From positions 1 to 33,903 of IMG/VR virus record IMGVR_UViG_3300007363_000060: 33,903 nucleotides of DNA, one strand, 5' to 3'. Numbering within the stretch: position 1 is the stretch's first letter; every line of letters starts with the position of its first letter. Positions 25,630-33,801 of this stretch are shown in pieces. A model generated the notes under the pieces. That model worked only from the letters and a program-made list of their open reading frames with translations, was not told the DNA's origin and searched no databases. The DNA is from a virus. Taxonomy: Duplodnaviria; Caudoviricetes. A program made the translations under genes and the position numbers.

Positions 25630-26640
25630 CTACTTCTTCGGCACCTTCTCCAGCAGGCGGTTCAACTCCATGTGCCGGGCCTGCTTCTGTTGGGCGAGCG
25701 GACCCTTCCAGTACGGGCCGGATCGATCGCCCGATTCCTTGATGAGGTTCGCAAGCTCGGTCTGGGCCGTCTGGAGAGACGTGCTGTTGGCGGCCGGGGT
25801 GATGGTCGCCATGGGGTTGAGGGTGAGCGCTGTGTTCACCAGCCAGCGGATTGCCTTCGGGTTGGCGCCGACCAGCGTCCCATCGGGCATGCGGGCCTGC
25901 ATCAGGGCATCGCGGAAGTCCTCGCCGGCCTGCAGCATGAACTCGTCGGCCACTGCCACGTACCGCTTGTACTCGCCGCCGAACTCTTCCCGCAGGTCCG
26001 CTTCGACGGCGCGCTTACCCTCCGCGTCGCGCTGGTACTGCGCCTCGGCCTGCCGGTTCTGCTCGCTGTAGTACCAGGTGAGGCCTTCCTTCACCGTGTC
26101 CTGCGACCAGTTCTTGGCGTGCGCGGTCTTCAGGAAGCCCTCAACAATTGGCTTGTCCGCCTCACCGATCACCAGCCCGTCAGGGAGGGAGGTATCGTAC
26201 TTGTCGGGTGCCTCGGGGACGTTGTTGGCCGCACGATACTCCGCAATTTCCTCGGGGCTGGCGTCCGCCTTGAGCGGCTGGCGAAGCTGGCCGGACGCGA
26301 TCTTGTCGCGGGCATGCATTAGGGCTTCGGCCACGGCCTCCGGCGAGGCGTAGCGGTCCAGCACCTTTCGGGCCTTCTCGTTGCCTTTTGCCATATCGTC
26401 GCGCCACGTATCGGACCAGCGGCCAGCGGCGGGCGGCTCAGCAGGCGGTGTCGTCCCGGCGGGTGGCGTTGCCGACGCGGGGGGCTCGGCAGGTGGCGTG
26501 GAAGCCGGCGGTGCGGCCGGCGGGGTTTCACTGGCAGGCGGTGCCGCGGCGGGCGTGCTGGACGCCGGAGGAGCCGCGGGAGTGGTTGCTGCGGGCGGGG
26601 TGGCCGGGGATGCCGGGGCCGCCGTGGGCTCAATCGCCAT
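25630..26640 (-). CDS. Capsid scaffolding/assembly protein (likely start ATG 26640)
   Basis: Pro/Ala-rich N-terminus, W.DTWRD, VPEAPDKY and LREEFGGEY motifs; between portal and capsid. Confidence 0.75.
   Translation of the reverse strand: MAIEPTAAPASPATPPAATTPAAPPASSTPAAAPPASETPPAAPPASTPPAEPPASATPPAGTTPPAEPPAAGRWSDTWRDDMAKGNEKARKVLDRYASPEAVAEALMHARDKIASGQLRQPLKADASPEEIAEYRAANNVPEAPDKYDTSLPDGLVIGEADKPIVEGFLKTAHAKNWSQDTVKEGLTWYYSEQNRQAEAQYQRDAEGKRAVEADLREEFGGEYKRYVAVADEFMLQAGEDFRDALMQARMPDGTLVGANPKAIRWLVNTALTLNPMATITPAANSTSLQTAQTELANLIKESGDRSGPYWKGPLAQQKQARHMELNRLLEKVPKK
26420..26625 (-). repeat. Degenerate ~10-aa coding repeat (PPAS.TPPAA-like) in the scaffold N-terminus
   Basis: PAATTPAAPPASSTPAAAPPASETPPAAPPASTPPAEPPASATPPAGTTPPAEPPAA. 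Confidence 0.7.
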
Positions 26641-26648
26641 GGTGAGTG

Positions 26649-26975
26649 TCAAACTCCGTTTTCAGAGGGAGGGGCTGTCGGATCTTGCTTCTTCTTCAGG
26701 CGCTCGATGTTGACCTTGGAAAGCAACACGAGCTTGAGGCCTACAAAACGCCGGCCCTGCATGAAGTTCGACATCCTGTCCGACTCAGGATGAAAGGTTT
26801 CGTCGTAGGTCATGGCGCCGCGCTCGATGATCCAGGCAAAGGCGCGGATTTGCTGCTCGGGCGTCGCGCGCCCCTGAGAAACGGCCTGCACAGCGGCGAC
26901 GTCGGCTATCGTGTGGTCGTAGGAATAGGCCGGATTGGCGTTGCGGCCAAAGGCCTTGTCGTAGCGGGCGGCCAC
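26649..26975 (-). CDS. Bbp19-like protein (108 aa; start refined to GTG 26975)
   Basis: GRATPEQQIRAFAWII...TF.P.SDR.S.FMQGRRFVGL motif; usual position between portal and scaffold; TAGTG coupling. Confidence 0.65.
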   Translation of the reverse strand: MAARYDKAFGRNANPAYSYDHTIADVAAVQAVSQGRATPEQQIRAFAWIIERGAMTYDETFHPESDRMSNFMQGRRFVGLKLVLLSKVNIERLKKKQDPTAPPSENGV

Positions 26976-27088
26976 TAGCGGTGCGCCTTTGCGGCGGCCG
27001 GCTGATACCGGATCATCCCCAGCCACATGGCACGCCACGACACCATGTCGTCACGCCGCAGGGATCGCAGGTACTGGTGGATGGTCAT
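26975..27088 (-). CDS. Micro-ORF, 37 aa
   Basis: MTIHQYLRSLRRDDMVSWRAMWLGMIRYQPAAAKAHR; ATGA overlap upstream, TAGTG overlap downstream, purine-rich upstream sequence. Confidence 0.5.
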   Translation of the reverse strand: MTIHQYLRSLRRDDMVSWRAMWLGMIRYQPAAAKAHR

Positions 27089-27243
27089 TCCTCGTCTTCC
27101 TCTGCGGCGTTCCACAGGTCTTGGAACGTGGGAGTGCCAAACTGCCGCCCAAGGCCGGAGAACTCGCCGCGCAGGGCTTTCAGGACCAGATCAAGCCGCT
27201 TCTCCAAGGTCGCGATGCGCTGGGCTTCCGTGCGCTCGCTCAC
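27085..27243 (-). CDS. Micro-ORF, 52 aa
   Basis: MSERTEAQRIATLEKRLDLVLKALRGEFSGLGRQFGTPTFQDLWNAAEEDEE; GTGA overlap with the portal stop. Confidence 0.55.
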   Translation of the reverse strand: MSERTEAQRIATLEKRLDLVLKALRGEFSGLGRQFGTPTFQDLWNAAEEDEE

Positions 27244-28910
27244 GCGGCCATCTCCGCCGACAGGCCCGACGTCTTGGCCGTATTCGCCGCCGCCTCGGAT
27301 GCCACCTTGGCGACGCCGCCCGCCTTCTCCATGAGCGCCAACACCTGCTCCTGTTTCTGCTGGGCAACGGCGTTGCGGCGCATGTTTTCGCTCTCGTCCT
27401 CGGTCCGCATCCAGTCGGCGGGAACAACGGCGGTAAGCACGTCGCGAGCCGCCTTGGCGCCGTCCACGATAAAGCCAGCGGCCGGATCAAGCTGGATGGC
27501 CTGCGTGATGACCTGCCCCGCTTCAAGAAACTGGCCGACCTTGGCCTTGTCCATGGCCTCGCGAAGCGGGCTCTCAAACGAGAACTCCACGTTGGCATTA
27601 CGCATCGACTTGGGCGCACGGGCCGCAATCGACATGTCCGCCCGCATCAGGATCTGCAGGTCCGTCTCGCAGAGACGCGCGTTGTATTCCATCTCCATGG
27701 GCTCGAAGAGGGGCAGGGTGTTGCGGATGAACTCCTGCACCCGCTGGCCGACCTCGTAGGCCGTCATGTCCGGGCCACCCTGAGGCGGGAGGTTCAGCTT
27801 GTTCAGGAAAAACGATTCCTGAAGCTGCAGGCGAAGGTCCTGAATCAGGTCGAGGCCGAAGGACAGGCCCTTGTGGTCCGACGCCATGGGGCGAAGGGCC
27901 TCGCCGGTCCGCTCGTCATAGTCGGCGTCGATCCACGTCACGCCGCCCGCATAGACCGGGATATCGCCGCGCACAGCGTCCTGTACGGCCACCATGGGCG
28001 GGTTAACCGCCTTCTCGCCGCTCTCCAGCAGGACGCCCGTGATGGACTGCAGCAGGCGGGCGTCGGGCAAAGCCGCGACCGTGGCCGGACTATGGGCATA
28101 CTGCGAGCCCGAAACCGTCTGCCAGCGCGGGATGATGTAGCCGTTCACCCACTGGGGCACTTCCTCCAGCAGGTGTTCGTTGTCGCAGTCGATGTAGAGC
28201 GAGACGAAGGGCTGCCGGTAGGTCTTGGCGCCTGGGAACGTCTCGTACAGGGAGCGCGGCACCACGACGTGCCAGCAATTCACCTCCGCGTAGGGCGTCT
28301 TCTCCAGCAGTTTCGTGACGTTGGCATGGACGGTCTTGCGGAACAGGTTCTTCAGCGTCATCGCGGTCGGCGACCACTTGCGGAAGACCGTGTCGACGAC
28401 GCCGATCTCGTTCTCCATCCATGCGGTATCGCGGAGATGGTGGCAGCGGTGATGCAGGTGCGGCGTCGAGCCGTCAGCAGGGCGGAACAGAACCGACTGC
28501 AGGACGGCTTGCCCGAAGCAGGCGAAGTCCATGTCCGCCTCCTTGGTGGCGCGAGCCAGCCCGGCGGAGCTGTCGTACATGGCGTTCTTGAGCAGCTTCT
28601 TCAGCCAGTCCAGGTACTGCTTGGCCTCCGTGTCCTCCTTGTCGGGACGCTCGGAGCGCGGCTTGAACCATTCTTTGGCGGACGGGCGCAGCATTGCGCC
28701 GAAGGCATTGCCGAGATTGCGATGCGCCAGTACGGGGGCCGACGTCATCAGGCCGGACGCCATCTCCGCGCCGATGTACCGGGTCGTCGTGAAGTCCGCG
28801 CGGGTCGGGTAGAAGTTCTCCGCAAGCTCCTGCCACAGGCTCAGAAGGCCCGTCCGCTTGCTGAACAGGTTGTCGCCCAGCGCGCGGACGTGTTGGACGA
28901 GTTCCGACAT
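27240..28910 (-). CDS. Portal (head-tail connector) protein, T7 gp8/BPP-1 type
   Basis: 556 aa; WQELAENFYP.RADF, LRP...WF, DFACFG, PRW...G..Y..SP...ALPDA..L, EKAVNPP, MTAYEV..R..E motifs. Confidence 0.9.
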   Translation of the reverse strand: MSELVQHVRALGDNLFSKRTGLLSLWQELAENFYPTRADFTTTRYIGAEMASGLMTSAPVLAHRNLGNAFGAMLRPSAKEWFKPRSERPDKEDTEAKQYLDWLKKLLKNAMYDSSAGLARATKEADMDFACFGQAVLQSVLFRPADGSTPHLHHRCHHLRDTAWMENEIGVVDTVFRKWSPTAMTLKNLFRKTVHANVTKLLEKTPYAEVNCWHVVVPRSLYETFPGAKTYRQPFVSLYIDCDNEHLLEEVPQWVNGYIIPRWQTVSGSQYAHSPATVAALPDARLLQSITGVLLESGEKAVNPPMVAVQDAVRGDIPVYAGGVTWIDADYDERTGEALRPMASDHKGLSFGLDLIQDLRLQLQESFFLNKLNLPPQGGPDMTAYEVGQRVQEFIRNTLPLFEPMEMEYNARLCETDLQILMRADMSIAARAPKSMRNANVEFSFESPLREAMDKAKVGQFLEAGQVITQAIQLDPAAGFIVDGAKAARDVLTAVVPADWMRTEDESENMRRNAVAQQKQEQVLALMEKAGGVAKVASEAAANTAKTSGLSAEMAA

Positions 28911-28911
28911 G

Positions 28912-29124
28912 TCAGGCCCCCAGCGAGTCGTCAGAGCCGATTATGGTGTTGGAACGGCTAGTCTTGCCGCGTCGCGTCATCGCCGCCTGCTTCTGCTCGT
29001 ACTGTTTGTCCGCGACGTCATCCTTGATGGGCATGACTACGGGCGGCTCGACCTTGGCCGGAGCCGGCGGGGCCATCATCATCGGCTGTGGAGAGGGCAT
29101 TCCGCCCCCGAACATGGAACCCAT
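28912..29124 (-). CDS. Small Pro-rich virion/assembly protein upstream of portal
   Basis: 70 aa MGSMFGGG..P-rich..RRGKTSRSNTII...LG; SD AGGAGG; T7 gp6.7/gp7.3-like position. Confidence 0.65.
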   Translation of the reverse strand: MGSMFGGGMPSPQPMMMAPPAPAKVEPPVVMPIKDDVADKQYEQKQAAMTRRGKTSRSNTIIGSDDSLGA

Positions 29125-29133
29125 TACGCCCTC

Positions 29134-29457
29134 CTAGTACGCACTGCCGTCTGCGGCGCCGGCACCATCGCCAGCCCCTGCATCCGCTGCACCTGAACTG
29201 CTCCCGTCGCCCCCGCCCCATGTCTCCCCGCCGCTACCAAGGATCAGGGCAAGCCGTCTCCGACGCTCTTGCTCGTCGTCGGGAAGTGGCGCGAGCGGCG
29301 TCGTGTCGGCGGGCTTTGACGCCGCGACCTGAGCCGGCGAAAGCTGCGGCCCGGTCGGCGGCTTGTAGTTCGCCGCATAGGGGTCCGTGCTTTGGTAAAC
29401 GATGGGCGCAGGCGTGTTGTTGTACACACCACCGCCGCCGCTCGGCATGCTTCCCAT
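29134..29457 (-). CDS. Small Pro/Gly-rich protein
   Basis: 107 aa MGSMPSGGG...PLPDDEQERRRR..., Gly/Asp tail; TGATG coupling. Confidence 0.55.
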   Translation of the reverse strand: MGSMPSGGGGVYNNTPAPIVYQSTDPYAANYKPPTGPQLSPAQVAASKPADTTPLAPLPDDEQERRRRLALILGSGGETWGGGDGSSSGAADAGAGDGAGAADGSAY

Positions 29458-29933
29458 CAGACCCTCTGCTCCATCGACAGGCCCGCCATCGCGATCACTT
29501 CCTCGGGGGCAAGAAACTTGTGGTCAACCTTCACCATGCCGGCGGGACCGCCAGACAGGCGGGCGTCCCAGACGTAGTAGCCGCGCCGCTGCAGGGCGAC
29601 GCGCGCCCGATCCAGCAGGGTCTTGTCCCGCGGTGCCTTCACGTAGCTGCGGCTCTGGTTCACCGGCTTGGCTGTCATCATGCAATCGTTCAGCAGACGC
29701 ACCCAGCGCCGCTTCCCTGTGGCAAGACCGCAGTGAACGGTCTGCCAGTCGATCTCGCCCGCCGCCTTCAGGTCATCAAACAGCGTGACGACCATGAAGG
29801 ACGTGACGCCAAGGTCTCGGGATAGCTGGCCGATGTCCGGGCAGACGCGGCTCTTGCGGGCGCAATCCCGTAGGATTGCCATCAGGCGCTGGCCGTTCTT
29901 TGCCCTCTGCTCTTTCCAGTCGCGTCTAGCCAT
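29457..29933 (-). CDS. Winged-HTH-like DNA-binding protein (158 aa; start refined to ATG 29933)
   Basis: CPDIGQLSRDLGVTSFMVVTLFDDLKAAGEI is a LexA-type wHTH pattern; start overlaps the terminase stop. Confidence 0.55.
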   Translation of the reverse strand: MARRDWKEQRAKNGQRLMAILRDCARKSRVCPDIGQLSRDLGVTSFMVVTLFDDLKAAGEIDWQTVHCGLATGKRRWVRLLNDCMMTAKPVNQSRSYVKAPRDKTLLDRARVALQRRGYYVWDARLSGGPAGMVKVDHKFLAPEEVIAMAGLSMEQRV

Positions 29934-31560
29934 GCTCGCGGCCTCCGCCATTGCTGGACTGGGGCGTCGTGCGTCGTGCGTTGGCTCGCCCCATGATGAC
30001 CTGCGGGGCCGCGCGATGGGCGCCACGGGCAAAGCCGCCCGGGATGTTCTCGGACTTCAGCCCCTGCTCCCACGCCATGACGACCGCGTCGCCCTTGTCG
30101 GGGGACCGGCCGAGCCGCTTGACCACGCTCTCCTTGGCTTCGACCTGGATGCCGTGCGGGCCGACCTTGAACGTCGGCGCCGTGAGGTCCGCCACGAGCG
30201 CAGGATCTGGCGGTAGGGCAATGGGACTGCCGTTGACCTGCCCGGGGTCCAGCGCCTCACGGAACCGCCAGTACGCCCGGCTACGGCGGTTGGAAAAGGC
30301 AAGCTGGCGGTCTGCCGTGCGGCCGGGGCCCGCCTCTGCACCCTTGTAGCCGACGACCGGCATGTCCTGCTCTTTGAGCCATTCAAGCGCCGCGCCGCCG
30401 TAGCCGCCGCCCATGTCGATGACGATGGTGGCATTGTCCCGGCGCTTGCTCACCACAAGGCCTGCGACCGTCGCGCCGTCCGGCGTCTGCTTGCCCGGTA
30501 CGGACACAAGCGGCGCGAACCATCCGTCATGCCGGGCCGCAAGCACCGTCTCATCGTTGCCGCCCTGCGCCACGTCCACGCCGATCGAACACATGGGCGC
30601 GCCGTTCGGTGGCTTCTCCGTCCACCGGGCTTGCGCTGCCCTGATCCACGACGTCGGGATGCACTGAAAGGCGCCGTCACGCAGGCCTACGTCGAACCGG
30701 CCGTCGCGGTAGGCGGCGCGCAATTCCTCGGGCAGAGCCGCCAGGGTGGCCGCATAGCCGGATGCCGCAAGGTCGGGATTGTCGGACAGCTTGGCCGGGA
30801 TGAAGGTCCGGGACCGGGCCATGATCTCTTCCCCACCGATCATGTGGGGCCCGGGGCCGTCGACCTCGATCTCCTTGCCGTCCTCTCCCGTGGTGTACCA
30901 GCGGAGTTCGCCGGGTTGGGCCGGGTTGTGATGGTTCGGGTCGAGCCATGCCGCCCAGCGGCGCAGCACCCACAGGCCCTCAGGAGTCGTCGGGGGATTG
31001 CCGGCGGCCACCACGCGGCAACGCTGCCCGGGGCGCGTGCTGCGGTTCCAGCCGATGATGAACGTGTACTGCGTCTCGGTGAAGTCAGCGACCTCGTCGA
31101 AGCCAATGAAGTCGTGCGGGCGGCCTTTGAACTTCTGCTTGTCGCTTTCGAGTTGGCAGCCGCTCAGGTCGATGATGCGGCCATCGCGGCGCCATGTGTT
31201 GGTCTGGCCGTTGTAGCCCTCCCGGTCCCCGAGAATGCTGACATAGTCGTCAACCCAGCCCTCCGCTTCCTTGGCGGTGCGCCGTAGGAGCAGGCTGCGC
31301 TCGTGGCAGGTGAGCGACAGGCCGATCATCAGAGCGGACTTCCCGCCGCCGGCCTGCCCACCGTAGAAAAGCTCGTCGGCCTCGCAGAGGTAGGCTTCCG
31401 TCTGCGGACCGGCGTTGGGCACCCACAAGGCGGACTTCCCGGCCTTCTCGATGGCCTGCCGTGCCTTCTTGCGAAGGTCGGCCTTCTCCGTCTCAGGAAC
31501 CCCGCCTAGGGCCTGCAGCACTGCTTCGATCTGCAGGCCCGCGGGTGTTCCGTTCAGCAT
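29926..31560 (-). CDS. terL: Terminase large subunit
   Basis: Walker A YGGQAGGGKS, Walker B FIGFDE, AGNPP coupling motif, RNase H-fold IGVDVAQGGND and RSPDKGDA. Confidence 0.92.
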   Translation of the reverse strand: MLNGTPAGLQIEAVLQALGGVPETEKADLRKKARQAIEKAGKSALWVPNAGPQTEAYLCEADELFYGGQAGGGKSALMIGLSLTCHERSLLLRRTAKEAEGWVDDYVSILGDREGYNGQTNTWRRDGRIIDLSGCQLESDKQKFKGRPHDFIGFDEVADFTETQYTFIIGWNRSTRPGQRCRVVAAGNPPTTPEGLWVLRRWAAWLDPNHHNPAQPGELRWYTTGEDGKEIEVDGPGPHMIGGEEIMARSRTFIPAKLSDNPDLAASGYAATLAALPEELRAAYRDGRFDVGLRDGAFQCIPTSWIRAAQARWTEKPPNGAPMCSIGVDVAQGGNDETVLAARHDGWFAPLVSVPGKQTPDGATVAGLVVSKRRDNATIVIDMGGGYGGAALEWLKEQDMPVVGYKGAEAGPGRTADRQLAFSNRRSRAYWRFREALDPGQVNGSPIALPPDPALVADLTAPTFKVGPHGIQVEAKESVVKRLGRSPDKGDAVVMAWEQGLKSENIPGGFARGAHRAAPQVIMGRANARRTTPQSSNGGGREHG

Positions 31561-31566
31561 CGCGGC

Positions 31567-32391
31567 TTAGGAGCGGTCCATCGCCACGTAGGCGTAGTCC
31601 ACATCCATCGTGAAGCTGGACGTGCCGGAGGTGTTGCCCAGCGCAATGGTCGGCGTCAGGTCCGTGGCCGGGGTCAGGGCGCCAGTCATCACCGTGCCGA
31701 CCTGGATGCCGTTACGAAAGAACGTCGCGGCGCCGGCCTTGGTGACCTCGACGCGCAGGACTTCCTTCGTGTCGGCCACGGGGGCGTAGCCGGAGTTCTG
31801 GTGCGTCGCGTCGGTGTCGTTCGCCACTCCCGTCAGCCACCAGTTATCCGTCGACATGCGGGTGTCGAACATCCAGCCCACGGCGTCGGTGGCGTTGGTG
31901 GTGAAGGTGTCGGCAGAGGCCGCCGAGATGATCGGAGCCTCCAACGTCACAACATCGGTGAAACCCACAAAGCAGTAGGCATTCGTGATGCGGCTCAGGC
32001 TCAGGCTGACCTCGATCTCGAGACCGCCGTTGCTGGCCTGCCACTGCAGGGCCTGCGTCATTTGCGCCAGGTCGGCCGCAAGGCCCGTGCCGGCGTCGCC
32101 GGAGGTGAAGCGGAGGATGCCGCCGATGCCGCCTGCAAGGATCGAGGCGTCGGTCGTCGAGCTATCCGTGCCCTCGACCAGGTTCCACTGGTCCGCCACG
32201 ACGTCACCCAGGAAATCGTCGAAGAACACGACCTTCTTGGGGTGGGGCAGGTAGAACTGGGAGCCGTGCCCGCCAGAGACAAAGCCGCCGACCGAGATGA
32301 ACGGGGGCTTGAGGGCGGGGGCGCTGGACGTCGGGACGCCGCCATTGCCGAGTCCGACGAGGCTGCTGACGAGCGAGTTGAGAATACGCAT
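31567..32391 (-). CDS. ConA/LamG-like beta-sandwich protein, probably structural
   Basis: 274 aa; FFDDFLG...W...GGILRF...FVGFTD...LRVEV...ATFFRNG...LTP...MDVDY; strongly biased codons; SD AAGGAA. Confidence 0.6.
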   Translation of the reverse strand: MRILNSLVSSLVGLGNGGVPTSSAPALKPPFISVGGFVSGGHGSQFYLPHPKKVVFFDDFLGDVVADQWNLVEGTDSSTTDASILAGGIGGILRFTSGDAGTGLAADLAQMTQALQWQASNGGLEIEVSLSLSRITNAYCFVGFTDVVTLEAPIISAASADTFTTNATDAVGWMFDTRMSTDNWWLTGVANDTDATHQNSGYAPVADTKEVLRVEVTKAGAATFFRNGIQVGTVMTGALTPATDLTPTIALGNTSGTSSFTMDVDYAYVAMDRS

Positions 32392-32415
32392 TGGTCTGTT
32401 CCTTGAGTTGTTACT

Positions 32416-32892
32416 TCAGTGTTTGGTCTGGGTGTCCGGGGAGTCGGACGGCGGGGCCCCGGCGGCGTTCTCGACGCCGACACGCAGGGCAAAGGCGATT
32501 TCGCGGGCGAGTTGGAGCGCGGTCTGGGGCCTCTCGCTGGAGTCCTCGACCTTGACGGTGAGCGCGCCCTCGAACGGGTTTCCGTCCGCTAGGGTATTGC
32601 CGAGCATGTCGCGCGACTTCAAAGCGGCGGCGAACGACTCGGCTTTGCGCGCCTCATCGCCGATCTGCAGTACGTCGCGGATCAGGCTTTCGGCGGTAAT
32701 CTCAAGCCGGTCTGCAATCTTGGCCCGCCCTTTGGCTATAGCCGCCGCGATTTCAGGTTTCTTCAGGTTCTCGCCGCCGATGCTGTACGCGGTCTTCTTC
32801 GAGTACCCAGCACGAATGGCCGCCTGTGTGGCGTTACTGTCGATCAGGTACTCAGAGACGAACCGGGCCTGCTTGGGGTTGAGCTTCGCCAC
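32416..32892 (-). CDS. terS: Terminase small subunit
   Basis: LNPKQARFVSEYLIDSNATQAAIRAGYSKKTAYSIGGENLKKPEI is the classic Terminase_2 N-terminus; SD AGGAG. Confidence 0.92.
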   Translation of the reverse strand: MAKLNPKQARFVSEYLIDSNATQAAIRAGYSKKTAYSIGGENLKKPEIAAAIAKGRAKIADRLEITAESLIRDVLQIGDEARKAESFAAALKSRDMLGNTLADGNPFEGALTVKVEDSSERPQTALQLAREIAFALRVGVENAAGAPPSDSPDTQTKH

Positions 32893-32924
32893 CGAACTCC
32901 TCGCGCGTGAGAATGACCGCGCGC

Positions 32925-32970
32925 ATTTTATTTCGAGGGCGGGGAAAGCCTGCTAACTGGCGTTTACTTG
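32925..32970 (-). promoter_or_regulatory. Putative late promoter copy 3, upstream of terS
   Basis: Minus strand CAAGTAAACGCCA(32958-32970)-N27-TAAAAT(32925-32930); core matches copies 1 and 2 at 12/13 with the same spacing. Confidence 0.7.
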
Positions 32971-33266
32971 TCTCCCGGAGTCGGTATCCGGTTCGTCCAG
33001 CCGGTCCAGTCCCCTCCGGGCAGGCGGACCCGGCGGCGCTGGCCGCGCGTGCCGTCCACACGGCGGACGCCCGTCTCAACTTCGATCTCCAGTAAGCCCC
33101 GCTCCTGCATGTCATGCAGGTAGCGCCACGCCCTGCGGCGGGAGATTCCCGTCCAGGCGCTGATGTCCTTCTGCGTTGGGCAAGGCAGCCCCGCGAACGC
33201 GCCCACCATGACCAGTAGAACCCGGTCCAGGGCGTCGTCTGGGGTATCGCCTAGCCAGCGGACCAT
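32964..33266 (-). CDS. Winged-HTH-like DNA-binding protein (100 aa; start refined to ATG 33266)
   Basis: PCPTQKDISAWTGISRRRAWRYLHDMQERGLLEIE; TGATG coupling; last gene before terS. Confidence 0.6.
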   Translation of the reverse strand: MVRWLGDTPDDALDRVLLVMVGAFAGLPCPTQKDISAWTGISRRRAWRYLHDMQERGLLEIEVETGVRRVDGTRGQRRRVRLPGGDWTGWTNRIPTPGDK

Positions 33267-33580
33267 CAGGCCGCGCGACCTAGCCGGCGGCGACGGTAGG
33301 CCGTGTCCCGAGACGATCGGACAGCCGCGATCTGCGGGGGCATGATCGTCAACACGGTGCCGTGCTGGTGATAGCTGCGCCCCCCCTTGGGGTGCAAATA
33401 GACCAGCCATAGAACGCGCTCTCCAACGATCAGGGCGTGCATCCGCTTGCCGTCGCGGGTTGTCTCCATCAGGCCCTCACCCGCGTAGCAGCGCTTGGCG
33501 AGATCGATGATGTCGCCCTTGCTCAGGTCGATGCCGTAGCGTTCCTTTGCACGCACAGCGGCGTGAGGGAGCCCGTTCAC
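33266..33580 (-). CDS. Hypothetical protein with HA..R..ER motif (possible RelE/BrnT-like fold; start refined to GTG 33580)
   Basis: PHAAVRAKERYGIDL...LVY...VLTIMP; SD GGGAGG. Confidence 0.5.
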   Translation of the reverse strand: MNGLPHAAVRAKERYGIDLSKGDIIDLAKRCYAGEGLMETTRDGKRMHALIVGERVLWLVYLHPKGGRSYHQHGTVLTIMPPQIAAVRSSRDTAYRRRRLGRAA

Positions 33581-33801
33581 ATGCGCCTCCCAAATGACCA
33601 ATTTGCATCCACGCGGATTTCAGGCTGTGGCACGTCCACAACCTCGCCTGTTTCGTCCATGACCACGATCCAGAGGCGATGGCCGTCTATGCCGGTTTCC
33701 TTCCAGGCGTAGGCCCAGCCGGAGCGGGACTTGGCCTTGACGCCGACCGGGAGCGTCTTGGACGTGACCTGCACGGGAATCACAGGCTCAAGCTGGAGCA
33801 T
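33577..33801 (-). CDS. Small hypothetical phage protein (74 aa; start refined to ATG 33801)
   Basis: MLQLEPVIPV...LWIVVMDETGEV...P.PEIRVDANWSFGR; SD GGGAGG. Confidence 0.6.
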   Translation of the reverse strand: MLQLEPVIPVQVTSKTLPVGVKAKSRSGWAYAWKETGIDGHRLWIVVMDETGEVVDVPQPEIRVDANWSFGRRM

